DNA of 64,000 nucleotides from NCBI RefSeq assembly GCF_053078305.1, contig NZ_CP166879.1; one strand, 5' to 3'. Shown piece by piece: positions 56,873 to 64,000 of this stretch (position 1 is its first letter; each line of letters starts with the position of its first letter). The notes under the pieces were generated by a model. It saw only the letters and a program-made list of their open reading frames with translations, ran no database searches and was not told where the DNA came from. The position numbers and the translations under genes were made by a program.

Positions 56873-56875
56873 TGT

Positions 56876-57427
56876 ATGATGATTTTACAACCCATGGGGC
56901 GAAAAGGTCAGGCACCTGCTCATGTCCGTGCGTGGACACCTGAAGAAGATGCGCTGCTGATTGCGCTTTATCCATCCACCCCGGTTAAGGATATTGCTGT
57001 CAGGGTAAAAAGAAGTTTCTGGGGTGTACATAACCGGATTGTTTTATTACGCGGTACTTACCCGGAGTTGCTCAAATGCAAACGTCCAAGATTTAAACAT
57101 GATGAAGATAAATTTATCCGAAAAAATGCCAGAACGATGACCGGTAAGCAAATAGGAGAATATCTGGGGCGAGACCGGGATTCTGTCCACAATCGGGCGC
57201 GATATATTGGCGTAAGCATGAAAAAATACGGAGAATTGCTGCCCTTCACCCGTATACCTGACGATGATGTTCATCTTATTCGTGAATTACGGGATGCTGA
57301 ATCACCACGACGTCTTACCTTCCGGGAAATAGGCGAGAAATTTGAATTATCCGAGAGTACGGTGAATTTTATTTATCACCATCGCCGGACTGCCGAGGAC
57401 GCTGTATTACGGGAGTTAACGCCATGA
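56876..57427 (+). CDS. Hypothetical early protein, possible DNA-binding
   Basis: 183 aa; WTPEEDALL motif and basic C-terminus. Confidence 0.4.
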   Translation: MMILQPMGRKGQAPAHVRAWTPEEDALLIALYPSTPVKDIAVRVKRSFWGVHNRIVLLRGTYPELLKCKRPRFKHDEDKFIRKNARTMTGKQIGEYLGRDRDSVHNRARYIGVSMKKYGELLPFTRIPDDDVHLIRELRDAESPRRLTFREIGEKFELSESTVNFIYHHRRTAEDAVLRELTP

Positions 57428-57609
57428 TAAAGAGACTTGTATTTTTCGCAATTTTCGTTCCGGTGTTGGGGGTTGGTTTTATATTTGCGATTACAGGAAA
57501 CCTGTCCATGATGCCAGATATTTGGTTCTTTATCAGGATGTCGCTCTTCCTGTTTATTATGAATCTTCTTATCGACATATATATCCGTATTACTGGAAAA
57601 CATAAATGA
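57424..57609 (+). CDS. Small membrane protein
   Basis: 61 aa, two hydrophobic segments, AT-rich. Confidence 0.35.
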   Translation: MIKRLVFFAIFVPVLGVGFIFAITGNLSMMPDIWFFIRMSLFLFIMNLLIDIYIRITGKHK

Positions 57610-57980
57610 GAAAAATCACGTCCTTGTCAGAGTTACAGGAGATGAATATGAGTATTGAATTAAGATCGTCTTATGAGTATCGCAAATTTCTTATCGCCGG
57701 AGGCATGAAACCGGAAGATGTGGAAAAAATCGTTTCTTTTATGGATAAGGAATGTGACAAGCGGGATGTGTCAGAAATTATTATGGATGACATGATTCTG
57801 GATTCAGTCGTGGCGTTAAGTCCGTTATGGATTGTGCATTCTCTTGCGGAAATTGCCAAAGGCACCGATAAACAGGCAGCTGTTGCTGCCCTTCAGACGC
57901 TTAATGAAATGCGTATATCTCCACGCCCGACATTAATACAGATGATTTTGTCCAGTATGGAGGATAAAGCAAATGAATAG
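57606..57980 (+). CDS. Hypothetical protein
   Basis: 124 aa. Confidence 0.4.
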   Translation: MRKITSLSELQEMNMSIELRSSYEYRKFLIAGGMKPEDVEKIVSFMDKECDKRDVSEIIMDDMILDSVVALSPLWIVHSLAEIAKGTDKQAAVAALQTLNEMRISPRPTLIQMILSSMEDKANE

Positions 57981-58170
57981 TCTACCCGCTGGATGGGCGC
58001 GCCCTCTGATGGCTAAGAAGCATCATTTTTTTAAAACTGGCGATAATATCAGTATATGTAGGCGGTGGTTATATCTGGCTCATAATCGCGAGCCGGATAC
58101 ATTTGAAAGCCCTGATGACTGTGCCGAATGTCGCAGAAGACTGAATAAGGAGAAAGATAATGGACAGTAG
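57973..58170 (+). CDS. Small Cys-containing protein (possible zinc ribbon)
   Basis: 65 aa; C..C...C..C spacing. Confidence 0.35.
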   Translation: MNSLPAGWARPLMAKKHHFFKTGDNISICRRWLYLAHNREPDTFESPDDCAECRRRLNKEKDNGQ

Positions 58171-58456
58171 TTCGCAGTTGTTCTGGTGTTTATATATCAC
58201 ATCGTTTTTCGGTGCATTCGTCATTACACGATGGCTGTGCCGGAAAGTTATCAGTATTTTTCATAAAAAATACCTGATTGGGCTGGCGGCGACTTCTCTG
58301 ATTAATGCACTTGCCAGATATCATAAGGGGGAATACTACTCAAGAATAAAAACTGATGATGGTTTTAATATTTTTGTGATTCCTCCGGAGTATCGGGTTC
58401 AGCTCGATCGGGAAAGTAATATCTATCATATCAGCAGGAGTGTTGATACAGCATGA
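58160..58456 (+). CDS. Small membrane-anchored protein
   Basis: 98 aa, N-terminal TM, AT-rich. Confidence 0.35.
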   Translation: MDSSSQLFWCLYITSFFGAFVITRWLCRKVISIFHKKYLIGLAATSLINALARYHKGEYYSRIKTDDGFNIFVIPPEYRVQLDRESNIYHISRSVDTA

Positions 58457-58962
58457 GAGGGAAACTGATATCCGCTATTCATGTGGCAAAGCGCGAGCTT
58501 GCCCTGGATGATGAGACCTACACATTCGTACTACTGGCAGCCACCGGCAAAACCAGTTGCCGGGATATGTCACCGGATGAGTTATCCCGCGTGCTGGATG
58601 TTTTCAAAAAACGCGGTTTTAAAGTGCGTCAGAAACCGGTTAACCGGGCCTTAAAACCGGGTACGGTGACCGCCAAAATTCGCGCCATCTGGAAAGTGAT
58701 GCACTGGCAGGGCTTTATCTCTGATGGTGCGGAAACCGCTCTTAACCGCTGGGTGAAATCGCAGACGGCCGCGCAGAACGGCGGCGAAGGTGTGGCAAAC
58801 TGGCAGTGGCTGGAGCAACACCCCGCCCTGGCCTCAGATGTGCTGGAGCGTCTCAAGCGATGGCACCGCCGCAAAATGCTGGCCGCGATGGGAATGCCCG
58901 AACGCACGCTGATGGGGTATGACGCCGTTTGCAGGCAGTATGAAAAATCACTTCCCCGTTAA
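58453..58962 (+). CDS. GemA-like (Mu gp16-like) regulatory protein
   Basis: 169 aa; position before mor/C; tentative. Confidence 0.45.
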   Translation: MRGKLISAIHVAKRELALDDETYTFVLLAATGKTSCRDMSPDELSRVLDVFKKRGFKVRQKPVNRALKPGTVTAKIRAIWKVMHWQGFISDGAETALNRWVKSQTAAQNGGEGVANWQWLEQHPALASDVLERLKRWHRRKMLAAMGMPERTLMGYDAVCRQYEKSLPR

Positions 58963-59031
58963 CCCCAAATCCCGCCACAACGCGGGATTTTTATTTTAAA
59001 CTTACCGGGAACGCGAGAACCGGAGGCTGAT

Positions 59032-59457
59032 ATGGCAGAAACTCAGATGAGCATGTTTGGTGGTGACAGTGAGCAACTGCACGCCCTTATCGACCGCCTT
59101 GATGACATCCCTGATGATGTTCTCAAAAAGAACTGGCCGCGTACCCTGTCTGAACTGGTTGAAGTCACCGGCGCAGAACTTCAGCGTCAGGGGATTGAGC
59201 CGGTACTGGCCGGTAAACTGGCACGCAAGGTGGCTGCGGCTCAGGCCGCCTATATGGGCGGACGGGGTTATTACCTGCCGGTCGGGGAATCTCTCTTTGC
59301 CGAGCTGCGAAACAATGAGATATTTTCGCGCTGGGACCGGGGCGAGAAAATTGAATCCCTTCGCCGCCATTACCGGATGTCAGAAACCCAGATTTATACC
59401 GTCATACGTGAACAGCGCCGTCTGCATCTGGCAAGAACACAACCGCCACTTTTCTGA
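59032..59457 (+). CDS. Mor/C-family transcriptional activator
   Basis: 141 aa; C-terminal HTH ...RRHYRMSETQIYTVIREQRR... Confidence 0.7.
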   Translation: MAETQMSMFGGDSEQLHALIDRLDDIPDDVLKKNWPRTLSELVEVTGAELQRQGIEPVLAGKLARKVAAAQAAYMGGRGYYLPVGESLFAELRNNEIFSRWDRGEKIESLRRHYRMSETQIYTVIREQRRLHLARTQPPLF

Positions 59458-59528
59458 TATTCCGCAAAGCCTGCCGCCTTTCCTTCACCGTTACGCTGAC
59501 TCAGAGAACATCATGAGACAGCGTAACA

Positions 59529-60029
59529 ATGCCAAAACTCCCCGCACCACTGCGTAAAAAGCTGATTGCCCTTGTTCTGGCCGGTGCCGGGACGTTCACG
59601 ATTGCCACGCATTACACCGGTTACTGGGAAGGGAAAGAAAACTCCACGTATATCGATCCCACCGGTACACCCACCATCTGTTACGGCCATACCGGCCCGG
59701 ATGTGAAACCGGGTATGACCCTGACGGATGAAGAATGCCTGGAACTACTGGAAAAGGACATGAAATGGGCCTTTGCGGCCATTGATCGGCGTGTTCAGGT
59801 GCCGCTTACCCGTGGTCAGACGGTGGCGCTGGCTTCGTGGATCTTCTGGGCCGGTGAAACGAACTTTCGCAACTCCACGCTTCTGCGCCTGATCAATGCC
59901 GGGCAGATGCCCGCGTCCTGTAAGCAGTATATCCGCTGGATTTATTCAAAGGGGGTGAAGCTCCCCGGCCTTGAGGCCCGCCGTTCGGCGGATGAATGGT
60001 TATGTCGCTACGATTTGCCGAAAGTCTGA
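59529..60029 (+). CDS. Endolysin (lysozyme-like, Mu lys-type) with N-terminal signal-anchor
   Basis: ...YIDPTGTPTICYGHTGPDV... glycosidase core. Confidence 0.8.
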   Translation: MPKLPAPLRKKLIALVLAGAGTFTIATHYTGYWEGKENSTYIDPTGTPTICYGHTGPDVKPGMTLTDEECLELLEKDMKWAFAAIDRRVQVPLTRGQTVALASWIFWAGETNFRNSTLLRLINAGQMPASCKQYIRWIYSKGVKLPGLEARRSADEWLCRYDLPKV

Positions 60030-60102
60030 ACCGCTTCTGGCGACCGATCATGATAGCGCTGCTGTGTGCGGTACTGCTGTTACGGGGTGTCCTGTGGCTG
60101 CG

Positions 60103-60492
60103 GTGAATAATGCCTTACCGGCCCTGATTGCCGGGGCGTGCATGGCGGCGCTGGGGATTATCGCTGTACTGGTTGCCGCGATATGGGGAATGCACCAGAA
60201 GACGCAGCGCCTTGAAGACAATAATCAGGTGCTTGTGCGTGAGCGGGATGAGGCGCGTCAGGTGCTGGCAAATCAGCAGCACACCCTGCAACTCATTTCA
60301 CAAATCAGTGAGGCGGCCACGAATGAAAAACAACAGAACATTCAGCACAGCGAGGGGCAGCAGAGCGTTGTCCGCCGGTCGCTGGCAGCAGTGCCTGCGG
60401 CCTCTGCCCCTGTTCCTGATGATGTGGCTGATCGGGTGCGCCGGGCCGTCTGTGAAATACGTGCCTGTGAAGCCGGTGCCGATCCCCGCTGA
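60103..60492 (+). CDS. Putative i-spanin
   Basis: GTG start; TM segment ALPALIAGACMAALGIIAVLVAAIWG then coiled coil; start uncertain. Confidence 0.45.
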   Translation: MNNALPALIAGACMAALGIIAVLVAAIWGMHQKTQRLEDNNQVLVRERDEARQVLANQQHTLQLISQISEAATNEKQQNIQHSEGQQSVVRRSLAAVPAASAPVPDDVADRVRRAVCEIRACEAGADPR

Positions 60493-60694
60493 ATGGCTGG
60501 CTGACTGCCTGGTCCCTCCTGCGCCGGAGCCGTTCACGTTTGGGGCATCGGTCACTTACAACCTGCAACTGCTGGCGGTGATCAAGAACTGCAACGTGGA
60601 CAAGGCCAGTATTCGTCGTCTGGAGGCGCGGCGACAACATGAATTTACTGATATGGCCGGAACGCCTGCTGTTCCGGCAGGAAAGACGAAGTAA
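60323..60694 (+). CDS. Putative o-spanin lipoprotein (overlapping frame)
   Basis: Lipobox LIGCAGP then Pro-rich PVKPVPIP. Confidence 0.5.
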   Translation: MKNNRTFSTARGSRALSAGRWQQCLRPLPLFLMMWLIGCAGPSVKYVPVKPVPIPAEWLADCLVPPAPEPFTFGASVTYNLQLLAVIKNCNVDKASIRRLEARRQHEFTDMAGTPAVPAGKTK

Positions 60695-60704
60695 GGAAAA
60701 AGGT

Positions 60705-60932
60705 ATGGATGATTCAGATCGTGCTCAGGCTGTGATGGAGCGGGGATCAGAACGCGCCCTTTGTAACCGGCTGACACGTAAGCGCCGGGCAGTGGATGCT
60801 CCGGGCAGACGTGTCTGCGCAGACTGTGGCGGAGAGATCCCCGCCGCACGTCTTGTTGCTGTGCCGGATGCCATCCGTTGTGTGAACTGCCAGAACATCA
60901 TGGAGGCCCGTCATGTGGGTCAGCATCGTTAA
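60705..60932 (+). CDS. DksA/TraR-family C4 zinc-finger protein
   Basis: CADCGGEI...RCVNCQ. Confidence 0.6.
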   Translation: MDDSDRAQAVMERGSERALCNRLTRKRRAVDAPGRRVCADCGGEIPAARLVAVPDAIRCVNCQNIMEARHVGQHR

Positions 60933-61221
60933 AGATTATGTTGTGCCGATCCTTTCGGCGACGGCAACCGCTGGCGGGATATTCATGGCGCTGATGCGCA
61001 AAACGTTTGTCCCCCGCGAGGCCTTTGAAAAACTCTCCGACCGCGTTGAGAAGGTGGAAACCCGCCTGTCGTCACTGCCGACAGAAGCCGAGGTCAACCG
61101 TCTGAATGTGGAAATCGTGACCCTGCGGGGTGAACTGAAAACCACGAACGCCACGCTCCGCTCTGTCTCCTATCAGAACGAACTGCTGCTGGAGCAGGCT
61201 GTAAGGAAAAAAACGCAATGA
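60913..61221 (+). CDS. Membrane/coiled-coil protein
   Basis: 102 aa. Confidence 0.4.
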   Translation: MWVSIVKDYVVPILSATATAGGIFMALMRKTFVPREAFEKLSDRVEKVETRLSSLPTEAEVNRLNVEIVTLRGELKTTNATLRSVSYQNELLLEQAVRKKTQ

Positions 61222-61508
61222 GTGATTTCATTACTGAAGATCAGCGTCTGGTCATTCTGCGGTCGCTGGCAGATTACAACGGTGAACTGGGTGAATCCGT
61301 GCTCCAGGACTGTCTGGATGATTACGGCCACCGCGTGTCCCGCGACACCGTTCACACCCACATAGCCTGGCTTGCCGAGCAGGGACTGGTGCGCAAACGC
61401 GTTCTGATTAACGGTTATTTCATCGCGGAACTGACCGGTCGTGGGCAGGATGTGGCGGAAGGCCGGGCCTGCGTTCCGGGTGTGAAGAAACCACGCGCAA
61501 GGGGGTAA
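61218..61508 (+). CDS. Hypothetical protein (winged-helix-like)
   Basis: 96 aa. Confidence 0.4.
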   Translation: MSDFITEDQRLVILRSLADYNGELGESVLQDCLDDYGHRVSRDTVHTHIAWLAEQGLVRKRVLINGYFIAELTGRGQDVAEGRACVPGVKKPRARG

Positions 61509-61510
61509 CG

Positions 61511-62092
61511 ATGGACAAGCCGACGCGTGGTCGTGTACGCAAGGTGGATTTGCTCCCCGACAGCATCCGTAAGCCGCTGCTGGAAATGCTGCGTGAAAAA
61601 CGTCTGACGCAGGTCCAGATCCGCGAGGAAATCAACCGTCTGATCCGTGAGGCGGGCCTGCCGGAAGAGCAGCAGCTTTCACCGGCGGCCATCAGCCGGG
61701 AAGCCTCCCGTAATGAGCTGATTGCCCGTAACCTGCGTGATTTACGCGAGCAGACAAAAGCCATGATGGCCGAACTGGGGGACAAGCCAACCGGTGAAAC
61801 CACAGCGCTGATTCTGGAAATGTCCCGCGCCCTGATGTACCGCCGCCTGCGTGCCGCGACCGAATCTCTGAACAGCGACAGCGACGTGGATATGCGCCTC
61901 ATCAAAGACATCCTCCTGTCAGCACAGCGTGCGGAAAGTGCCGCCGAGCGCAGCATTAAGCGTGAAAAAGAAATCCGGGCCGCATTTGCTGAAGAGATGG
62001 CAAACGCGGTCACCGACGAGCTGCGCGGCGTGGATGGCATGAGCGAGCAGATAGAATTTCGTATCAGGCAGATGCTGCTGGGTAAAGCGTAG
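61511..62092 (+). CDS. Putative terminase small subunit (Mu gp27 position)
   Basis: 193 aa, directly upstream of large terminase; positional. Confidence 0.45.
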   Translation: MDKPTRGRVRKVDLLPDSIRKPLLEMLREKRLTQVQIREEINRLIREAGLPEEQQLSPAAISREASRNELIARNLRDLREQTKAMMAELGDKPTGETTALILEMSRALMYRRLRAATESLNSDSDVDMRLIKDILLSAQRAESAAERSIKREKEIRAAFAEEMANAVTDELRGVDGMSEQIEFRIRQMLLGKA

Positions 62093-62102
62093 GAGGTGAA
62101 TC

Positions 62103-62351
62103 ATGGCAACAGATAACCGCTCACTGATGATCTGTGCCCATCAGAAGGCATTCAGTCTTGCAACACAGTTACCTCCTGAAACCATAAAAGTGTGTCGTGA
62201 GTTGACTGAACTCTGCATTGCCGGGGAAATCTCCCTGAAACAACTGCATTCGCTGCTGGCAGAGGCTGTCACTGATGAATTGAGCAGCGTGGACGTGATG
62301 ACTGAAGAGCTTGAGTCCCGAATCAGGGGCATTCTGACAGGTAAAGCATGA
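62103..62351 (+). CDS. Hypothetical protein
   Basis: 82 aa; C-terminus repeats that of the previous protein. Confidence 0.35.
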   Translation: MATDNRSLMICAHQKAFSLATQLPPETIKVCRELTELCIAGEISLKQLHSLLAEAVTDELSSVDVMTEELESRIRGILTGKA

Positions 62352-64000
62352 TGAGCAAAGCCAAAGAAACGTCTCCTTCACTGATGCAAATGACGCCTCC
62401 CCGCAAAATTGATCTGGCCGGTGAAAAAGCCCTGCTGGGCGTGGATGTGCCGGACAGCCTTGATTTACCCGGTGATATGCCGGTGTTTCTGGATTATCAG
62501 GCCCGCTGGTTTGAGGATGAAAGTCAGGTCTGCATCGCGGAAAAATCCCGACGCACCGGGCTGACCTGGGCGGAAGCCGGGCGTAACGTCATTACCGCCG
62601 CAAAGCCTAAGCGTCGTGGTGGCCGTAATGTGTTTTATGTGGGGTCAAAGCAGGAGATGGCGCTGGAATATATTTCTGCCTGCGCCCTGTTCTCCCGTGC
62701 CTTTAACCAGCTGGCAGATGCTGATGTGTATGAGCAGACCTTCTGGGATCGGAATAAAAAAGAAGAAATTCTGACCTACATGATCCGCTTTCCGAACAGT
62801 GGATTCAAAATTCAGGCACTGTCTTCCCGTCCGTCAAACCTGCGCGGCCTTCAGGGGGATGTGGTGATTGATGAAGCCGCGTTCCACGAGTCACTGGATG
62901 AGCTTCTCAAGGCGGCAATGGCGCTCACCATGTGGGGCGCGCGCGTGCGTATTATCTCCACGCATAACGGCGTCGATAATCTGTTTAATCAGTACATTCA
63001 GGAAGCCCGCGAGGGGCGCAAGGATTACAGCGTCCACCGCATAACCCTGGATGATGCCATTGCGGACGGGCTGTACCGTCGTATCTGTTATGTCACCGGC
63101 CGCGAATGGTCACCGGAAAGCGAGCAGAAGTGGCGTGATGATCTCTACAAAAACGCCCCGACCCGTGAGGATGCCGACGAGGAATACGGCTGTATCCCGA
63201 AAAAATCCGGCGGTGCCTATATTCCTCACGCGCTTATTGAAATGGCGATGCTCCGCGACATCCCGATTCTGACGTTTGAAGCCCCGGACGACTTCATCAG
63301 CCGTGCCGCATGGCTGCGTGAATCGGAGGTTTTAACCTGGTGTGAAGAACATTTAAAACCGCTTTTAGAGGCGTTAAATCCCCGTTCCCGCTTCAGCTTC
63401 GGGGAAGACTTTGCCCGCACCGGTGACCTCTCCTGCTTTGTGCTGCTGGAAATCACTGAATCCCTGGCAAAACGCGAGGTGTTTCGCGTGGAGCTGCGCA
63501 ACCTGCCGTATGCCCAGCAGGAGCAGGTGATGATGTACATCCTGACCCGCGTTCCGGCGCTGGTCGGTGCGGCGTTCGACGCCACCGGTAACGGCGGCTA
63601 TCTGGCCGAAGCCGCGCTGCTGGCCTTTGGCCCGGACATCATCGACTGCGTGATGTTATCGCCGAAGTGGTACGGCGAGTGGATGCCAAAACTGAAGGCC
63701 GAGTTTGAGGATCAGAATATCCTCGTCGCCCGCCATCAGACCACGCTTGATGATTTGCGCCATGTGAAGGTGGTGAACGGTATCCCGCAAATCGACAAGG
63801 GGCGTACGAAGGACCAGAACGCAACGGCTGTGAACGCCCGCCGCCATGGCGATTTTGCCGTGGCGCTCTGTATGGCAAACCGGGCGTCGTACATGGAGGG
63901 CTTCATCCTGGATGAATCAGCCTGTCAGGCGCTGCCGGAGCGGTCGCGGGCCATGGAGGGCGGTTATCGTGATGACGATGAGGCATATCATGAATTTGAT
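62348..64000 (+). CDS. Mu-type terminase large subunit, N-terminal ~550 codons; 3' end outside window
   Basis: Open frame from ATG 62348 to window end (absent from ORF track because there is no stop); ...DVVIDEAAFH... Walker B-like. Confidence 0.75.
   Translation, partial: MMSKAKETSPSLMQMTPPRKIDLAGEKALLGVDVPDSLDLPGDMPVFLDYQARWFEDESQVCIAEKSRRTGLTWAEAGRNVITAAKPKRRGGRNVFYVGSKQEMALEYISACALFSRAFNQLADADVYEQTFWDRNKKEEILTYMIRFPNSGFKIQALSSRPSNLRGLQGDVVIDEAAFHESLDELLKAAMALTMWGARVRIISTHNGVDNLFNQYIQEAREGRKDYSVHRITLDDAIADGLYRRICYVTGREWSPESEQKWRDDLYKNAPTREDADEEYGCIPKKSGGAYIPHALIEMAMLRDIPILTFEAPDDFISRAAWLRESEVLTWCEEHLKPLLEALNPRSRFSFGEDFARTGDLSCFVLLEITESLAKREVFRVELRNLPYAQQEQVMMYILTRVPALVGAAFDATGNGGYLAEAALLAFGPDIIDCVMLSPKWYGEWMPKLKAEFEDQNILVARHQTTLDDLRHVKVVNGIPQIDKGRTKDQNATAVNARRHGDFAVALCMANRASYMEGFILDESACQALPERSRAMEGGYRDDDEAYHEFD

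Larger units (their letters stand above)
48941..64000. mobile_element. Mu-like transposable prophage, left (c) end; continues beyond window
   Basis: c repressor, ner, MuA-like transposase, MuB-like ATPase, gam, mor/C, lys, Mu-type terminase in Mu order. Confidence 0.8.

Noticed and set aside
60128-60322. N-terminal 65 codons of ORF 60128-60694
   Set aside because: Arg/Cys-rich with no RBS; the real gene most likely starts at ATG 60323 giving a lipobox-containing o-spanin.
61420-62040. 206-aa minus-strand ORF rich in Arg/Ser
   Set aside because: Antisense to the putative Mu small terminase gene; shadow-frame composition.

Overview
Almost the whole window is a composite prophage region of an Escherichia/Shigella-type chromosome. 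Bases 1-1253 are host rspA (partial) and rspB. From about 1420 a Qin-like lambdoid prophage runs rightwards: integrase, exonuclease, ydfD/dicB/rha, a DicF-like sRNA, dicA/dicC immunity, O/DnaC-like replication genes, a nin-like region with hok and a type II toxin-antitoxin pair, rusA, a putative Q, a DNA methyltransferase, three tRNAs, a TerB-like moron, nanS-p esterase, a phage-21-type pinholin/SAR-endolysin/Rz-Rz1 lysis cassette carrying extra cargo, cos, and lambda-like head genes Nu1-A-W-B-C-D-E-FI-FII-Z. Two further mobile elements are nested inside it. (1) An ~11.8 kb P4-type-integrase satellite (PICI-like) sits inside portal gene B, flanked by a 13-bp direct repeat; it carries its own replication module with iterons, paralogs of the helper capsid, decoration and scaffold proteins, a TerS-like gene and two inverted cos copies. 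(2) A Mu-like transposable prophage (c, ner, A, B, gam, mor/C, lys, spanins, terminase) truncates tail gene Z and continues past the window end. The most interesting signals are the satellite-in-portal arrangement, whose excision would rebuild an intact portal ORF; the satellite capsid-remodelling and cos module; a ~300-nt leader with a covarying terminator hairpin shared by the prophage rha leader and the satellite; and cargo genes embedded in the lysis cassette. All calls rest on reading the sequence and recalled family signatures; no database search was run.
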